Below, in pieces: positions 19,816 to 30,714 of a stretch of DNA of 64,000 nucleotides (positions within the stretch are counted from its first letter, which is position 1; each line of letters opens with the position of its first letter). The DNA lies in assembly GCA_965237955.1 (NCBI GenBank), contig OZ250169.1:2144001-2208000 (forward strand). Direction: 5' to 3'. This DNA comes from Candidatus Marinacidobacterales bacterium. GTDB taxonomy: Bacteria > Acidobacteriota > Vicinamibacteria > Marinacidobacterales > SMYC01. Made by a program: the position numbers and the translations under genes. The notes under the pieces are model-generated. The model was given only the letters and a program-made list of their open reading frames with translations. It was not told the DNA's origin and did no database searches.

Positions 19816-22108
19816 CTAGGGTGCTGCGGCCGCTTCCAGCTCCATCGGTCCGTATAGGCGACGATACAGCATCTCATTTCGGAGGAACCAGCTTGACGTA
19901 GGCCCGGGTCTCATCGAAGGGGATATCCTCGATAAAGACCTCGGGGTCGATCGACATGTCCATGCCCGTCCACCGTTTCACTCGGTGAGGACCGGCGTTG
20001 TAGCCCGCCAGAGCATAGTCGACACGACCGTTGAAGCGCCCGAGGATGTCTTTCAGATAGAGCGTCCCGTAGCGAATGTTGATCTCCGGGTTGTAGAGGT
20101 CACGGGTTTTGTACTTGCGGCGCTCCCGACGCGCCAACTGCCGGCCGGTCGCGGGAATGATCTGCATGAGGCCGCGCGCTCCCGCCCTCGAGCGCACCCG
20201 AGGATTGAACGTGGATTCTTGTCGGATCAACGCCGCGACGAGATAGGGGTCGAGCCCGCGCGCGCGCGCGTAACGTTCGACGTGGTCGCGGTAGAGAAGT
20301 GGATAGAAGAGCTCCCAGATCGGGCGCGGCAACAAATCGCCCGTCGCCGACACATGGAACGGAAACGCGTTGCGGATGGTGATGATGGCCTGGAGATTGT
20401 CGCCTTCGCGCGAATGGATCCAGGCGGCCATCGCCAGGAACGCGGAATCATCGCGCTCACCGACGACCGCGGCGCGCGCCTCTCCCAGAGCTCGTTTCGA
20501 GAGACCTATTGCGTAGAGCTCGGCGACCCGTGTTTGTCGATCGACACGGTCGACGCGCAGCGCATCCGTTAGATCGATGCCTTGGCGAGCAGCTTCGATA
20601 CTCGCCATCGATGCCCTCTCGCCTTGCAACTGAGAGAGGTGCTCGAACGCACGACGACCGTAGTAGGAGTTCTGATAACCGAGAAGCACTTGATGGTATA
20701 GCGCGTCCGCTCGATCGAAACGCCCCGCCTCTTGATAAGAGCGGCCCGCCCAATAGAGGATGCGCGCCAGCTCGTCGGCCCCAGGTCGCTCGCGTGCCGC
20801 TTCTTCCAAACCGAAGCCGGCCTCTTCGAACTGACCGGAGCGGAACAATGCGAAATGGACGTGCCACTTCGCGTCGAGCACCTGCTCTCCCTGCGGGAAC
20901 TGTTGGATGAGGCAGCGGTAGTGCCCGAGCGCCTCGTCGTACTCGTCGTCGTCAGCCAGGTGGTTCGCGAGACTCCAGATCGCCTTTTCTGTCCATGGGC
21001 TTTTCGGATAGCGCGTCTCGAGCTCGGTGACGCGCGCTCGGAACGTGCTACGCCGCCGCTTGCGGCGAGCAACTTCGGCTCGATAGAAAATCGCTTCGGG
21101 CACGAGCGCATCACGCTTGACGCGCTTGAAGTTCGCGACCGAGGCGGTGAGCTGATGACGCCGGTATTGGCACGTCGCCATGCGAAGCCGCACCAGATCG
21201 ACGTCCGCTTGTTTCGAGAAACGATTCAGAAGCGAAGCGAACCCGTTGTAAGCGTCGCGGTATCGGCCTTGTTCCATCAGCAGCTCGGCGCGGCCGAACG
21301 TCAACCGGTAGAGGTGGGCTTTTTCGACCGCGGGAAGCTTGTTGCGCAATCGCGTGAGCCGTCGCCCGGCTGCCTTCGCTCGCTTGTGCCGCGGAAGCTC
21401 GTAGTAGAGCGTCTCGAGTGCATCGACGGCTTCGGCATTCTTTCCCAGCTCGGCAAAAAGTTTCGCGACCTCGTCGAACGCCTCGCCGCGCACTTCCTCG
21501 TTACGGCTTTCGGTTGCGGGCAAGAGCTTCGAAACCGCCTTTTCTCGTTCCCCGCGCGATCGCAAGAGCCGCGCGTAGCGAAGCCGTGCTTCGCCCATCC
21601 GCGCGAACTCGGGATGAGACGTCTCGAGCTGACCGAGTGCCTCGAGCGCCGCCGCCGGCCGGGTCGATTCGAGCTCCTGGGCGATATAGTGAAGAGCGTA
21701 TCCGTCGAGCTCGGTCGCCCTAATCTCGGTCGCTCCCAACCACTCGACGACACGCTGAGGCCGATTCTTCCCGAGCTGGCCCACCCCGGCGGCAAAGGCC
21801 GCAAGCCCTCGGGTTCGCGCGGACAAGCTTTGGTCGTCGTAGAGGCTAGCGAGCGCTTCTAGTTTCTGCTTGCGGGAAGTCTCTTTTAATAATGTTGAGA
21901 CCTCCCGGAGCTCTCGAGCCGGCCGCTCCAAGGGCTCCCAGGGAACGGTCGCGGCCGATGGTGGCGGAGCCGTCCGCTCTAGGCTGTGAGCGCGAGGCTC
22001 GGCCGCAATCAGGCCGAACAGCGTCCCGGCAAAGACCAGCGCGAAGGCTAGAGCCAGAACCTGCCTCGACCCTTGAACCATGGTGTGCCCCCGCGCCCTT
22101 TCTTCCAT
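19816..22108 (-). CDS. slt: Soluble lytic murein transglycosylase with TPR repeats; apparent +1 frameshift near 19885
   Basis: IRQESTF, GLMQII, AGYNAGP, ETRAYVK; removing one base gives the family-like tail LVLRNEMLYRRLYG ending at 19816. Confidence 0.88.
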
Positions 22109-22184
22109 TAGACGGCCGTCGGCCGCCTTATTTCGTGATTACATTGATTGTACCAGGAGAATGGGGCCGAAACGAGGAAGGCTA

Positions 22185-23402
22185 TCAGCTCGCGGGCAAC
22201 GACTGCCCCATCGCGCTCGCGTCTCCGTCCGCAAGGATGCGGATGAGCTCATCGTTGAAGTAGTTCGTTCGAGAGCGGATGGGCTCGGGAACGCGCTCTT
22301 TGTAGAGTTGCCGGCTGCGCTCGATGTCGTCTCTCATCAGATTGTAGATGCCGTTATTGGAGCGACCCTGCTGCACCTTCGCCTCGTTGTACAGCTTGAT
22401 CTCCGATACGAGCAGTCGCGCGAAGCGCATCGCTTCCTCGTGTTTTTTTCGCGTGTCCGAGTCCATCGAGTCCAAGTCGGCCCCAGCGGCGGCCGGCGCC
22501 GCGGGAGCAGGTCCGGCCGAAGCACCGGGTGCACCGAAGCTCGAAACGTTCATTTCGGCACTCGTGAACATGACGGTGCCCGACTCTTCTGCTTCTTGTT
22601 CTTGGACCGGCATCGCGGGTGCCGGCGTCGGAGGAGGCGCGGCTCGGAGCGGCAAGTGCTCACCGGTTTTCACCGGCGATTTCTGAGCGCTCAGCGCATC
22701 GAGAAGCTTCGAAGCGTAAGCGGTTAGAATCTCCAGCGCTTCCGAGTCGTGGAGCTGGGCCGAGCCATCCCCGCTATCCGCGTAGACCACAGCCGCGATG
22801 CGATCCCGCAGGACCAGGGGCGTGGCAAAAATGTTGGAGGGGAGCACATTGCCGATCCGCGATAACAACTGAATGTTGTCCGGATGCTTGTTGCTCTCTC
22901 CGACGAAGCTCATGCGTGAGTTGATGACGTCGCTGAAGACGGTGTTAGCGCTCGTCGGCACCGAGATGCGCTTGATGCCGTCGTTATTGAACCCGGGGCT
23001 CTGGTCGAAACCCTTGCCGTTCCATCCGATGCAAGAGCCACCCTTTAGAATGAAGATCGCGACCCGCGGCGCAAACTGCGAGATCTCGTCGAGCAGAAGA
23101 GTCAACACGTCCGTCAGGGACGTCCCCTCGTTCAGCTTCGTCATCGATCGCCGGACGTTTTTGAGGGTGTCACCGCCACCGCCTTCACCGCCCACCAAGC
23201 TCACCGCCTCGTTGGCGAAAGCAAGAATGCGTTCCTCATCGATGTTCTCCTCGTACTTCGACATGCGCTCCTGCAAGGCGTCGAGTTTCTGGAGGAGCTC
23301 GTCTTGTAGCCCGGTGACTTCTTTTCTGAGGTCGTTGGCCCAATTCGAGACGAGGGCGTGGAAGAGAGCAAGCGACTTGGCGCGCAATTGGTCTTGATTC
23401 AT
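22185..23402 (-). CDS. Hypothetical protein: coiled-coil, GAF-like domain, linker, C-terminal helical domain
   Basis: PLVLRDRIAAVVYAD GAF-like strand; C-terminal RFARLLVSEIKLYN. Confidence 0.75.
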   Translation of the reverse strand: MNQDQLRAKSLALFHALVSNWANDLRKEVTGLQDELLQKLDALQERMSKYEENIDEERILAFANEAVSLVGGEGGGGDTLKNVRRSMTKLNEGTSLTDVLTLLLDEISQFAPRVAIFILKGGSCIGWNGKGFDQSPGFNNDGIKRISVPTSANTVFSDVINSRMSFVGESNKHPDNIQLLSRIGNVLPSNIFATPLVLRDRIAAVVYADSGDGSAQLHDSEALEILTAYASKLLDALSAQKSPVKTGEHLPLRAAPPPTPAPAMPVQEQEAEESGTVMFTSAEMNVSSFGAPGASAGPAPAAPAAAGADLDSMDSDTRKKHEEAMRFARLLVSEIKLYNEAKVQQGRSNNGIYNLMRDDIERSRQLYKERVPEPIRSRTNYFNDELIRILADGDASAMGQSLPAS

Positions 23403-23632
23403 CGCGGAGCTCGTCCCCCTAGGTCCAACTCACGGAGACAGCCCCGGTTTCGAGGAGCTCAGATACACTTATCCCTCAATAGGTGAGTCATTATCTCGCC
23501 TGTCTCCACATAAGTCAACATAAACAAAGACGTTGCCCGGTGTCCATCGGATTGCCGACGTTATCTTGTCACCCGATCTTGCGCTATTCTACCAAGAGGG
23601 CGTAAAATACAACACGAAGAATAACCTCGAAA

Positions 23633-23982
23633 GGGGGCGAACAGGGTTCGACGGGGATAATTGATTCCGAAGTGGCATGCCGAGCTCCCATCCCTCGTTA
23701 AACGGTGGGAAAACACACAATTGCCGACAACCAGTTGGCTTTAGCCGCTTAAAACCCGGCTACGTTCTCCCGGGTCCCGCCTGCCGGGCTCGGAAAGAGC
23801 GTCATTTAGGTAGGCTAGTTGGACATACGCTCCGGATGTTCGGCGAAACTTAGGAGATAGCTCTCATCGGGTTTTTGCCGGTTCCTGACCGATGGGAGTG
23901 AGATAAACGGGATCCGGACACGCATGTAGAGGCTTCGGATGAAGATCTTCGGACGCGGGTTCGATTCCCGCCGCCTCCACCA
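23633..23982 (+). ncRNA. ssrA: tmRNA
   Basis: 5' GGGGGCGA...GGTTCGACGG; 3' GCGGGTTCGATTCCCGCCGCCTCCACCA; tag ORF 23723-23752 encoding ADNQLALAA*. Confidence 0.96.
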
Positions 23983-24552
23983 ACGCAAAGAATTCGAACC
24001 GTCATCCGGCCCATCGCGAACGATGGAGTTGTCGAGAAGCGCGGTCGTGTCGATAGAGCTCTTTGCTATGTAATAAGGTTTGCCGATATCCGGCTGCGTC
24101 GGCTCCAACCGAATCGGTCCGAGAAGACGGCGCAAAATCAAGGCTGACTTGCCGGTCCTTCGCTGGAGAAGCTCCCGGAGCTGACTCAACCGTTCGTCGA
24201 TCCACTCCACAGGGGGCGCCTGAAACACTTTCTCGCGTCCCTTGCCAAGGCCTTCGAGCTCCTCACGAAGCGCCTCGACACGTCGCTCGGTCTCGACCAA
24301 TGCCTGGCCCAACGCTTTACTTCCCCGACCATCACCGATGAAATCAATGAAATTCGCGAGACGGCGTTCCTCCGAGACAAGCTCTGTCTCCTTCACACGG
24401 ATCGTCTCGGGGATGTGAGCGTACAGCTTCTTCACTTCCTCCTCGACGCGCTCGAGCACATGTCGGATGTTCTCGGGCGACGCCAGACGCTCACGCAACA
24501 CGGCGAGGATGATCTTTTCGACCAGCGTGCGCCGAACGAGCATCTTGTTGTT
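23815..24552 (-). pseudogene. C-terminal remnant of a probable large serine recombinase/integrase, truncated by IS5
   Basis: NNKMLVRRTLVEKIILAVLRERL plus coiled-coil typical of the post-zinc-ribbon region; reads into the tmRNA 3' end antisense (WWRRRESNPRP). Confidence 0.7.
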
Positions 24553-25637
24553 GCCTTGGTGCACAACTCCGATAGAGGCCGAGAACTCGCTTGGCCCCGA
24601 CTCCCATCATCCGATCATCTCGCTATCAGGCATCCCGAGCGCCGTCATGGTGTTGAGAATCTTGCACCCGATCCTTGCCTCGACTCTCTGTGCCGCCAAC
24701 CCTCTCGCTCGCATCGCTGAGCCCACGATAGCCTTGTAGCGATGGAACGTTGTCTCGACTTTGCTCCGTTTGCTGTAGCCCGATTCTGTGTGCCACTTTC
24801 GTTTGCCGAGCCGAGCTTGTGCTGCAATGTTGCGATTACGCTGTCGGCTGCTCGCCGGCCCCGATGCGAGCTGGGCGCCCTTGCGCGGCGGTATCAGCAC
24901 CCTCGGCGAGCAATGAGCGCTGTGATTCTCGATTGCCTCATAGACGCCGCCGGCGTCGTATGCGGTGTCAGCTCTGGCCGATGAGATGGGACTGTCGATC
25001 TGTCCGACAAGCGATGCAACCCGCGATGAATCGCGGGCTCTTTTGCTCGTCAGCTCGCCGGCGACGACTTCGCCACTCTGCTCGTCGACACACAGATGGA
25101 GCTTGCGATAGTCCCTGCTATTTGGTGCTCTGCGCAGCTGGCCGGCGTGGACAGCGAGACCGCTGCTGTCGATCAAGATGTGCAACGGCGTCTTCTGCTT
25201 GTCTTGGTAGAAGGGGACCTTACCCAGCTTCGCCTTGCGCCTCGAGATCGTGGTGTGATCGGGCACATCATTGTCTAGCTTCATCAGAGCGAACAACGAT
25301 CGCAGCAATCCCTCGCTCTGCCTAGACGACAGATGAAACACCATGCCCAGGGTGACAGCCGTCTCGATGGCGTGGTTCGAGTACTTGCGTTGACGGCCCG
25401 GTTTCCTCCTCCTTGGCCGGGGCGCGTCCCAGTTCACAAGCTTGCCGGCGGTGAGCGAGATCCAGACGGTCAGGCTCCCGCGGTTGCGCAGACCCGCCTC
25501 ATATTCACGCCAATTCCTCACGCGATAGGCCTTCTTCACATACTTCCGCTGAGTGCGTTTGAAAATGCTCATGGGGAACCTCGAATCCGCGAGTACAGGA
25601 CAAGTGTGGACCGAGATCGCGAGTTGTGCACCAAGGC
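24553..25637 (-). mobile_element. IS5-family (IS903-like) insertion sequence
   Basis: Perfect 17-bp TIRs GCCTTGGTGCACAACTC (24553-24569) and GAGTTGTGCACCAAGGC (25621-25637); no matching target duplication. Confidence 0.92.
24607..25572 (-). CDS. IS5-family DDE transposase
   Basis: YRVRNWREYEAGLRNRGSLTVW, VPDHTTISRR, IDSSGL, RKLHL, ADTAYD, YSKRSKVET. Confidence 0.93.
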   Translation of the reverse strand: MSIFKRTQRKYVKKAYRVRNWREYEAGLRNRGSLTVWISLTAGKLVNWDAPRPRRRKPGRQRKYSNHAIETAVTLGMVFHLSSRQSEGLLRSLFALMKLDNDVPDHTTISRRKAKLGKVPFYQDKQKTPLHILIDSSGLAVHAGQLRRAPNSRDYRKLHLCVDEQSGEVVAGELTSKRARDSSRVASLVGQIDSPISSARADTAYDAGGVYEAIENHSAHCSPRVLIPPRKGAQLASGPASSRQRNRNIAAQARLGKRKWHTESGYSKRSKVETTFHRYKAIVGSAMRARGLAAQRVEARIGCKILNTMTALGMPDSEMIG

Positions 25638-25728
25638 ATCGTGCTGGTGCTACGCGGCTGGCCACGCCTCTCATCTGAACTGTTCGGCGGGCGAGAGTGA
25701 GCTGAGCCCACGAGAAAGGAAGAAGAGC

Positions 25729-26117
25729 ATGCACCCAAACGAGCAACTGGTTCGCAAGCAGATCGAGCACTTTCATCGCAGGGAACATCCCCGGGTGGCT
25801 TGAGACTGTTTCCGAGGACCTCGGTGGTCCATGTCCCGCCGGGACATCCGCTCTCGGGCGACTACAGCGGATCCCAACAGTTCGTCGAGAAGTTCATTGG
25901 CAAAGTTATGGAACTCACGGGGGGTGTCCAGGTTGAGATCCACGATATCCTGGCCTCCGACGACCATGGTGTCGGCCTTTACAAACTCCGCACCGAGCGG
26001 GACGGCACCGCCTACGAATGGCCCCACGTGAACATCTACCACTTCAATGGCGGGAAGATCAGCGAGATATGGTGGACGCCGTTTGATCAGGAGAAAGTGG
26101 CGGCGCTTCTCGCGTGA
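25729..26117 (+). pseudogene. SnoaL-like protein with two +1 frameshifts
   Basis: MHPNEQLVRKQIEHF / IAGNIPGWLETVSEDL / VVHVPPGHPLSGDYSG...GGKISEIW recovered across three frames. Confidence 0.75.
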
Positions 26118-26806
26118 CATCGAGTGTCTGCTCGAAGAGATGCCAGCTACCGAAGCGCGCAACCGGGAACTGCCCTCGATTGCCGACCTAACTGAAGAGG
26201 AGCAGGTGGCACGACGCCAGAGGAGCTTGAGCGGTAGGTAGTATCAGTCGCGTTGTGCGGCTCTCTCGCGTGCCGGCGCTCATCGCCACGTTCGGCGCGC
26301 GAGAGTGAACGACGGCTCTGTCTTTGAATTTGCATCTGCGAGATCAAAGGGCAGATCCCGGAACCGTTTCTCTCGGCGACGCCTCGCCGGTCTTCCGACC
26401 TCGCGCTGCAAATTGCGGAGCGCGGTCATGGCGAGTTTGTCGCGAGCGCGGGAGCGATAGACGAGAGTTGTTGGATGCGAGCCTCAGCTACCTTGCTACC
26501 GAGAGGAAGCGAGCCAGAGGAACGTACGGAGACCGACGGTCACGTGGTGTTTTGACGGAAGACAGACGACAAAGGGAGTGGGAACGATTGTGAGCCTGTA
26601 AATGCGACATGCCGAAGGGCAACAATGTCGGCTTACAAAGAGGCCGCTGAACCGAACGTTGAACCAAAACCGCTTCGCGATAGTCCCTAATCCCACCCAC
26701 TGAACGATTCTGCATGCTTCGAGCAGTGCTCGGAGATGCAGAAGGCTCCCTCCGTGAGATACGGTATCAGCGACCAAACCTCAACCACTCACGAACGGAG
26801 CCAGCT

Positions 26807-27225
26807 ATGGCTAGTCCCCTGTATCAGAACAAACTAGATAAAGCAGAGCTTGCCGAAACCCTTCTAAGTGCATGAATCTTATGAATCTTATGGGCTGGCG
26901 AAAAGCCTAACTTTGTATAGTAATCAAAGATCCAGGGGACTAGCTTACTACGAACCCGGATGATCGAGGATCTCCGGATTCGGAACTATGCCAGAATACG
27001 ATCAAGATCTACGTCCGCTGCGTTGCGGCGTTCGCGAAGTACTTCGGTCAGTCTCCGGAGGAGCTGAACGAGGGACATATCCGCGAGTACCAGCTGTATT
27101 TGGCGGAAGAGAAAAAGTCGTCTTGGACCTTCTACAACCAAAGCGTCAGTGCGTTACGTTTTTTATACAGAAAGACATTGAAAAAGGACTGGTCGATGGA
27201 GCACATTCCGTTTCCAAAGATAGGA
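26807..27225 (+). pseudogene. N-terminal (SAM-like) fragment of a tyrosine integrase of the type paired with IS91-like transposases; MITE-interrupted, frameshifted, truncated
   Basis: Removing the MITE gives MASLLRTRMIEDLRIRNYA/NTIKIYVRCVAAFAKYFGQSPEEL...IREYQLYL...SALRFLYRKTL...IPFPK. Confidence 0.82.
26811..26943. mobile_element. MITE copy 1 (133 bp including both CTAG)
   Basis: Ends CTAGTCCCCTG...CAGGGGACTAG; AT-rich; second copy at 40024. Confidence 0.9.
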
Positions 27226-27634
27226 AAATTCATAGGTGTTCATCACCGACCCGCGCGAATTTTCCCCACCAGGATAGGGCTGTGCGGCCCGATTTGAGTC
27301 CCGGTGAGGATAGCAGAACTCAAGCAAGCGAGACAAGGCGGTTTCGATGGACTTCGCAACCCCGCGGATCAGAGGTTCCAACCGTTTTGTTTCTCCGCCT
27401 CGAACGAGAATCCTTTTTTTCCAAATCTAGCCGTTACGGGAGGGATCCGCCTCCCTATTTCGTCTAGAGCACTCCGCAAGCCAGATCAAGCGCTTTTTCC
27501 GCTCGCCGACTCCAGACGAGCGTCATGAACAAAAGCATGGCACCTCGTCACTCTCGCAGTCGTCAGGCGACACCGTCGCCATTGACGGCGGGCGTCATCT
27601 TACCTGCGCCAGATGAGCTTGATGAGCTTGAAGC

Positions 27635-29314
27635 TCAGCCAAGCACTTCTCTCACGCCTGCGATCGCCTCCTCGCGGCCACGGGTGAAGCGCAAGATGCC
27701 TTCGAAGACGAGCCAGAGCGCCAGAAAGAGCACGATGCCGCCGACCGCGAGCAGCAGGTAGCTCCCCTGATTGAAGAATCGGACTACGTTGATGATCATC
27801 GCCGCGATGGTCGTGACCAGCATGAACACCATGGGGATGGCGGTGTAGAGATAGTTCTTCTTGCGGAAATACAAATAGAGCGTCACCGTCAAAAGCGTCA
27901 GCCCGGCCATCACTTGATTCGTGGTTCCGAAGACCGCCCAGAGCACGACGCCCGCCGGGCGCCCATCCACTTGGAGGAGCGCGAAAAAGCCAATCGCTCC
28001 GACGGATAACGCGGTGGCGATGTAGCGGTTCGCGAGCACGGGCATCTTGACGGTCTCCGCTACCTCTTCGATGTTGTATCGAAGAAGCCGCGTCGCCGAG
28101 TCGAGCGTCGTGAGCGCGAACGACACCGCCACCAGCGCGACGAAGGACTTTCCGAGGTTCGGGTCGATCCCGAGTGTCGCGAGAAACGTTCCCGATCCGG
28201 AAACGAACGCGTTCAAGTTGGACGCGAGACCATCCGCACTCTCCCAGCTCGAGTAGTGGTCCCGCCAAGCGGTCGCGGTCGCGAATCCTGCGGTGCATGC
28301 GAGCACCGCGGCGAGCCCGAGAACACTCTCGCACACCATCGCCCCGTAGCCGATGAATACGGCATCCTCTTCTTTGTCGAGCTGTTTCGCAGTCGTGCCC
28401 GATGAGACGAGCGCGTGGAAGCCCGAAACGGCACCGCATGCGATGACGATGAACACGAACGGGTAGATGGGCGGCGCCCCGGGAGGATGGGCGTCGAACG
28501 CGGGCGCGACGAACGCGGGCCTCAACATGACGAAGCCCACGAGGATCGCGGCGAGGCCGAGATACAAAAGGAGCGAGTTCAGGAAGTCCCTCGGTTGCAG
28601 CAGAAGCCACACCGGGAGCACCGACGCCAGGAATGCATAGCCGAGAAGCAAGTAGCTCCACGTCACAACGGCCAGATCCGGAGCCGGCAAGATGCGCCCG
28701 AGATAGACGGCGATGAGCGTTAGTGTGAAACCCGCGACGGTCAGACGTCCCAGAGGCACGCCCTTTTTGTAGAACAAAACGCCCATGATGACGGCGAGCA
28801 CCATCAGTGAGAAGCTCGGAAATACCGCCTCGGGGTAGAAGTTCGCCGAGAACAATTGAGACACGACCTGGACGAACACCCCCATGGCGAGCGCGATCAA
28901 GAAAATAATGATCGCGTGAAATAGACTCTTGGCACGATGGCCGATGATGCTCTCGGCGACCTTGCCAATCGACTTGCCTTGGGCGCGCAAGCTGACCGCC
29001 AAGGCGCTAAAATCATGGACGGCACCGATGAAAATGGTCCCGAGAACGACCCAGATCATCGCGGGGACCCAGCCCCACATGACGGCGATCGCGGGACCGA
29101 GCATGGGCGCCAGGCCAGCGATGGACGCGAAGTGATGCCCAAAGAGAACGTAGCGCTTACACGGGACGTAGTCGCGACCGTCTTCGAGGGCGTGTGCGGG
29201 AGTCTCCCTCGCTCCGGTCAGCTCGAAGAGGTTTTGCGCGATACGCTTTGCGTAGAAGTGATAACCAAGCAGATAGACACCAAAGCAGCACGCGGCTGCC
29301 ACAACCGGGCTCAT
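27635..29314 (-). CDS. cstA: Carbon starvation protein A family transporter
   Basis: LFGHHFASIAG, LPVWLLLQPRD, IACGAVSGFH, LTTLDSATR. Confidence 0.93.
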   Translation of the reverse strand: MSPVVAAACCFGVYLLGYHFYAKRIAQNLFELTGARETPAHALEDGRDYVPCKRYVLFGHHFASIAGLAPMLGPAIAVMWGWVPAMIWVVLGTIFIGAVHDFSALAVSLRAQGKSIGKVAESIIGHRAKSLFHAIIIFLIALAMGVFVQVVSQLFSANFYPEAVFPSFSLMVLAVIMGVLFYKKGVPLGRLTVAGFTLTLIAVYLGRILPAPDLAVVTWSYLLLGYAFLASVLPVWLLLQPRDFLNSLLLYLGLAAILVGFVMLRPAFVAPAFDAHPPGAPPIYPFVFIVIACGAVSGFHALVSSGTTAKQLDKEEDAVFIGYGAMVCESVLGLAAVLACTAGFATATAWRDHYSSWESADGLASNLNAFVSGSGTFLATLGIDPNLGKSFVALVAVSFALTTLDSATRLLRYNIEEVAETVKMPVLANRYIATALSVGAIGFFALLQVDGRPAGVVLWAVFGTTNQVMAGLTLLTVTLYLYFRKKNYLYTAIPMVFMLVTTIAAMIINVVRFFNQGSYLLLAVGGIVLFLALWLVFEGILRFTRGREEAIAGVREVLG

Positions 29315-29388
29315 AGAGAGTTGCTCCTCCGTACTAGAATTATAGAGCCCGTGTCGAACCGGAGACAAATCGAGATGGAGTCATCAAC

Positions 29389-30714
29389 TTGCAGAACTTG
29401 AAAGGCTTCCGGGATTTCTTCCCGGAAGAGATGGCTGAACGGAACCACCTGTTCGAGACGTGGAGGCGGGTCGCCACCCGTTTCGGTTTCGTCGAGTACG
29501 ACGGCCCGCCGCTCGAGTTGCTCGAGCTCTACACGAGAAAATCGGGCGACGAGATCGTGGAGCAGCTCTACCACTTCGAGGACAAAGGCGGCCGCCAAGT
29601 CGCACTTCGACCGGAGATGACGCCGACCTTCGCCCGTATGATGGCCGCGCGTGTCACCACGCTCCCGAAGCCCATCAAATGGTTCTCGATCCCTCAACTT
29701 TTTCGATACGAGAAAAACCAGCGCGGGCGACTGCGAGAGCACTTCCAGCTGAACGTCGACATCGTCGGCGCGCCGGGAGTCGTTGCCGACGCCGAGCTCC
29801 TCGCGGTAGCGCTGGCGGTTCAACTCGAGCTCGGCCTTCGGCGGGACGACGTCGTAGCTCGTGTCAACGATCGCCGCGTTGTCGCAGGTGCGCTAGGCGT
29901 CCTAGGCGTGACCGGCGACCAAATCGCCGATGTTTATGCCGCCCTCGACAAGTTCCAGAAAATCTCCTCCGCGGAAAAATTCACGGCTCTGTTGCGAGAT
30001 TCCGGTGTCCCAACCGATTCCATCCACGAGCTCACGACGCTTTGCGACGGGAGCACCACGATTTTCGATTGGTTCGGACCGCATCTCGGCGAGGTCGACG
30101 AGACCACACGCGACGCGCTATCGGACTTCGAAAAATATCTCGGCCTCATACACGAGAAGGGCCTAGGCGACCTAATAGAGGTGGATTTTTCCATCGTGCG
30201 CGGGCTCGCTTATTACACCGGCATCGTGTTCGAGCTCTACGACCGCAAGGGCAAGGAGCGCGCGATCTGTGGCGGCGGCAGGTACGACGACCTCATCGCC
30301 TCGCTCGGAGGACCCGACATGCCCGCGCTCGGCTTCGGCATGGGCGATGTCGTGTTGAGCTTGATCTTGCGAGATCGCAGCTTGATGCCCGAGACTCCCG
30401 CGCGCGCCGACGTCGTCGTCATCCCGGTGGGCGACGAGCTCGCTCGAGCGGCGCGCGAGGTGACCGAAGAGCTCAGGCGAGCCGACGTGCGGGCGGAAAC
30501 GCCGTACGCACCGGCGGGCGTTTCAAAAGATTTGAAGGCCGCCAATCAACACCGGATTCCCTACGCCGTGATCGTCGGTCCCGACGAGTGGGAAGCACGC
30601 GAGGTCAACCTCAAAGACTTGAAAGCGGGCGATCAAGAGCGCGTGGCGCTGAGCGAGCTCGCCGATCGAGTTCGCGCTCGTCGTCATCAGTCGACCCGTT
30701 CGACACGAACATGA
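29389..30714 (+). CDS. hisS: Histidine--tRNA ligase
   Basis: KGFRDF, LRPEMT, FRYE..QRGRLREH, RGLAYYTG, GGGRYD. Confidence 0.96.
   Translation: MQNLKGFRDFFPEEMAERNHLFETWRRVATRFGFVEYDGPPLELLELYTRKSGDEIVEQLYHFEDKGGRQVALRPEMTPTFARMMAARVTTLPKPIKWFSIPQLFRYEKNQRGRLREHFQLNVDIVGAPGVVADAELLAVALAVQLELGLRRDDVVARVNDRRVVAGALGVLGVTGDQIADVYAALDKFQKISSAEKFTALLRDSGVPTDSIHELTTLCDGSTTIFDWFGPHLGEVDETTRDALSDFEKYLGLIHEKGLGDLIEVDFSIVRGLAYYTGIVFELYDRKGKERAICGGGRYDDLIASLGGPDMPALGFGMGDVVLSLILRDRSLMPETPARADVVVIPVGDELARAAREVTEELRRADVRAETPYAPAGVSKDLKAANQHRIPYAVIVGPDEWEAREVNLKDLKAGDQERVALSELADRVRARRHQSTRSTRT

Noticed and set aside
27430-27460. GGGAGGGATCCGCCTCCC as a duplicated tmRNA 3' end (attR)
   Set aside because: Only about 8 nt (CCGCCTCC) match; better explained as a small hairpin
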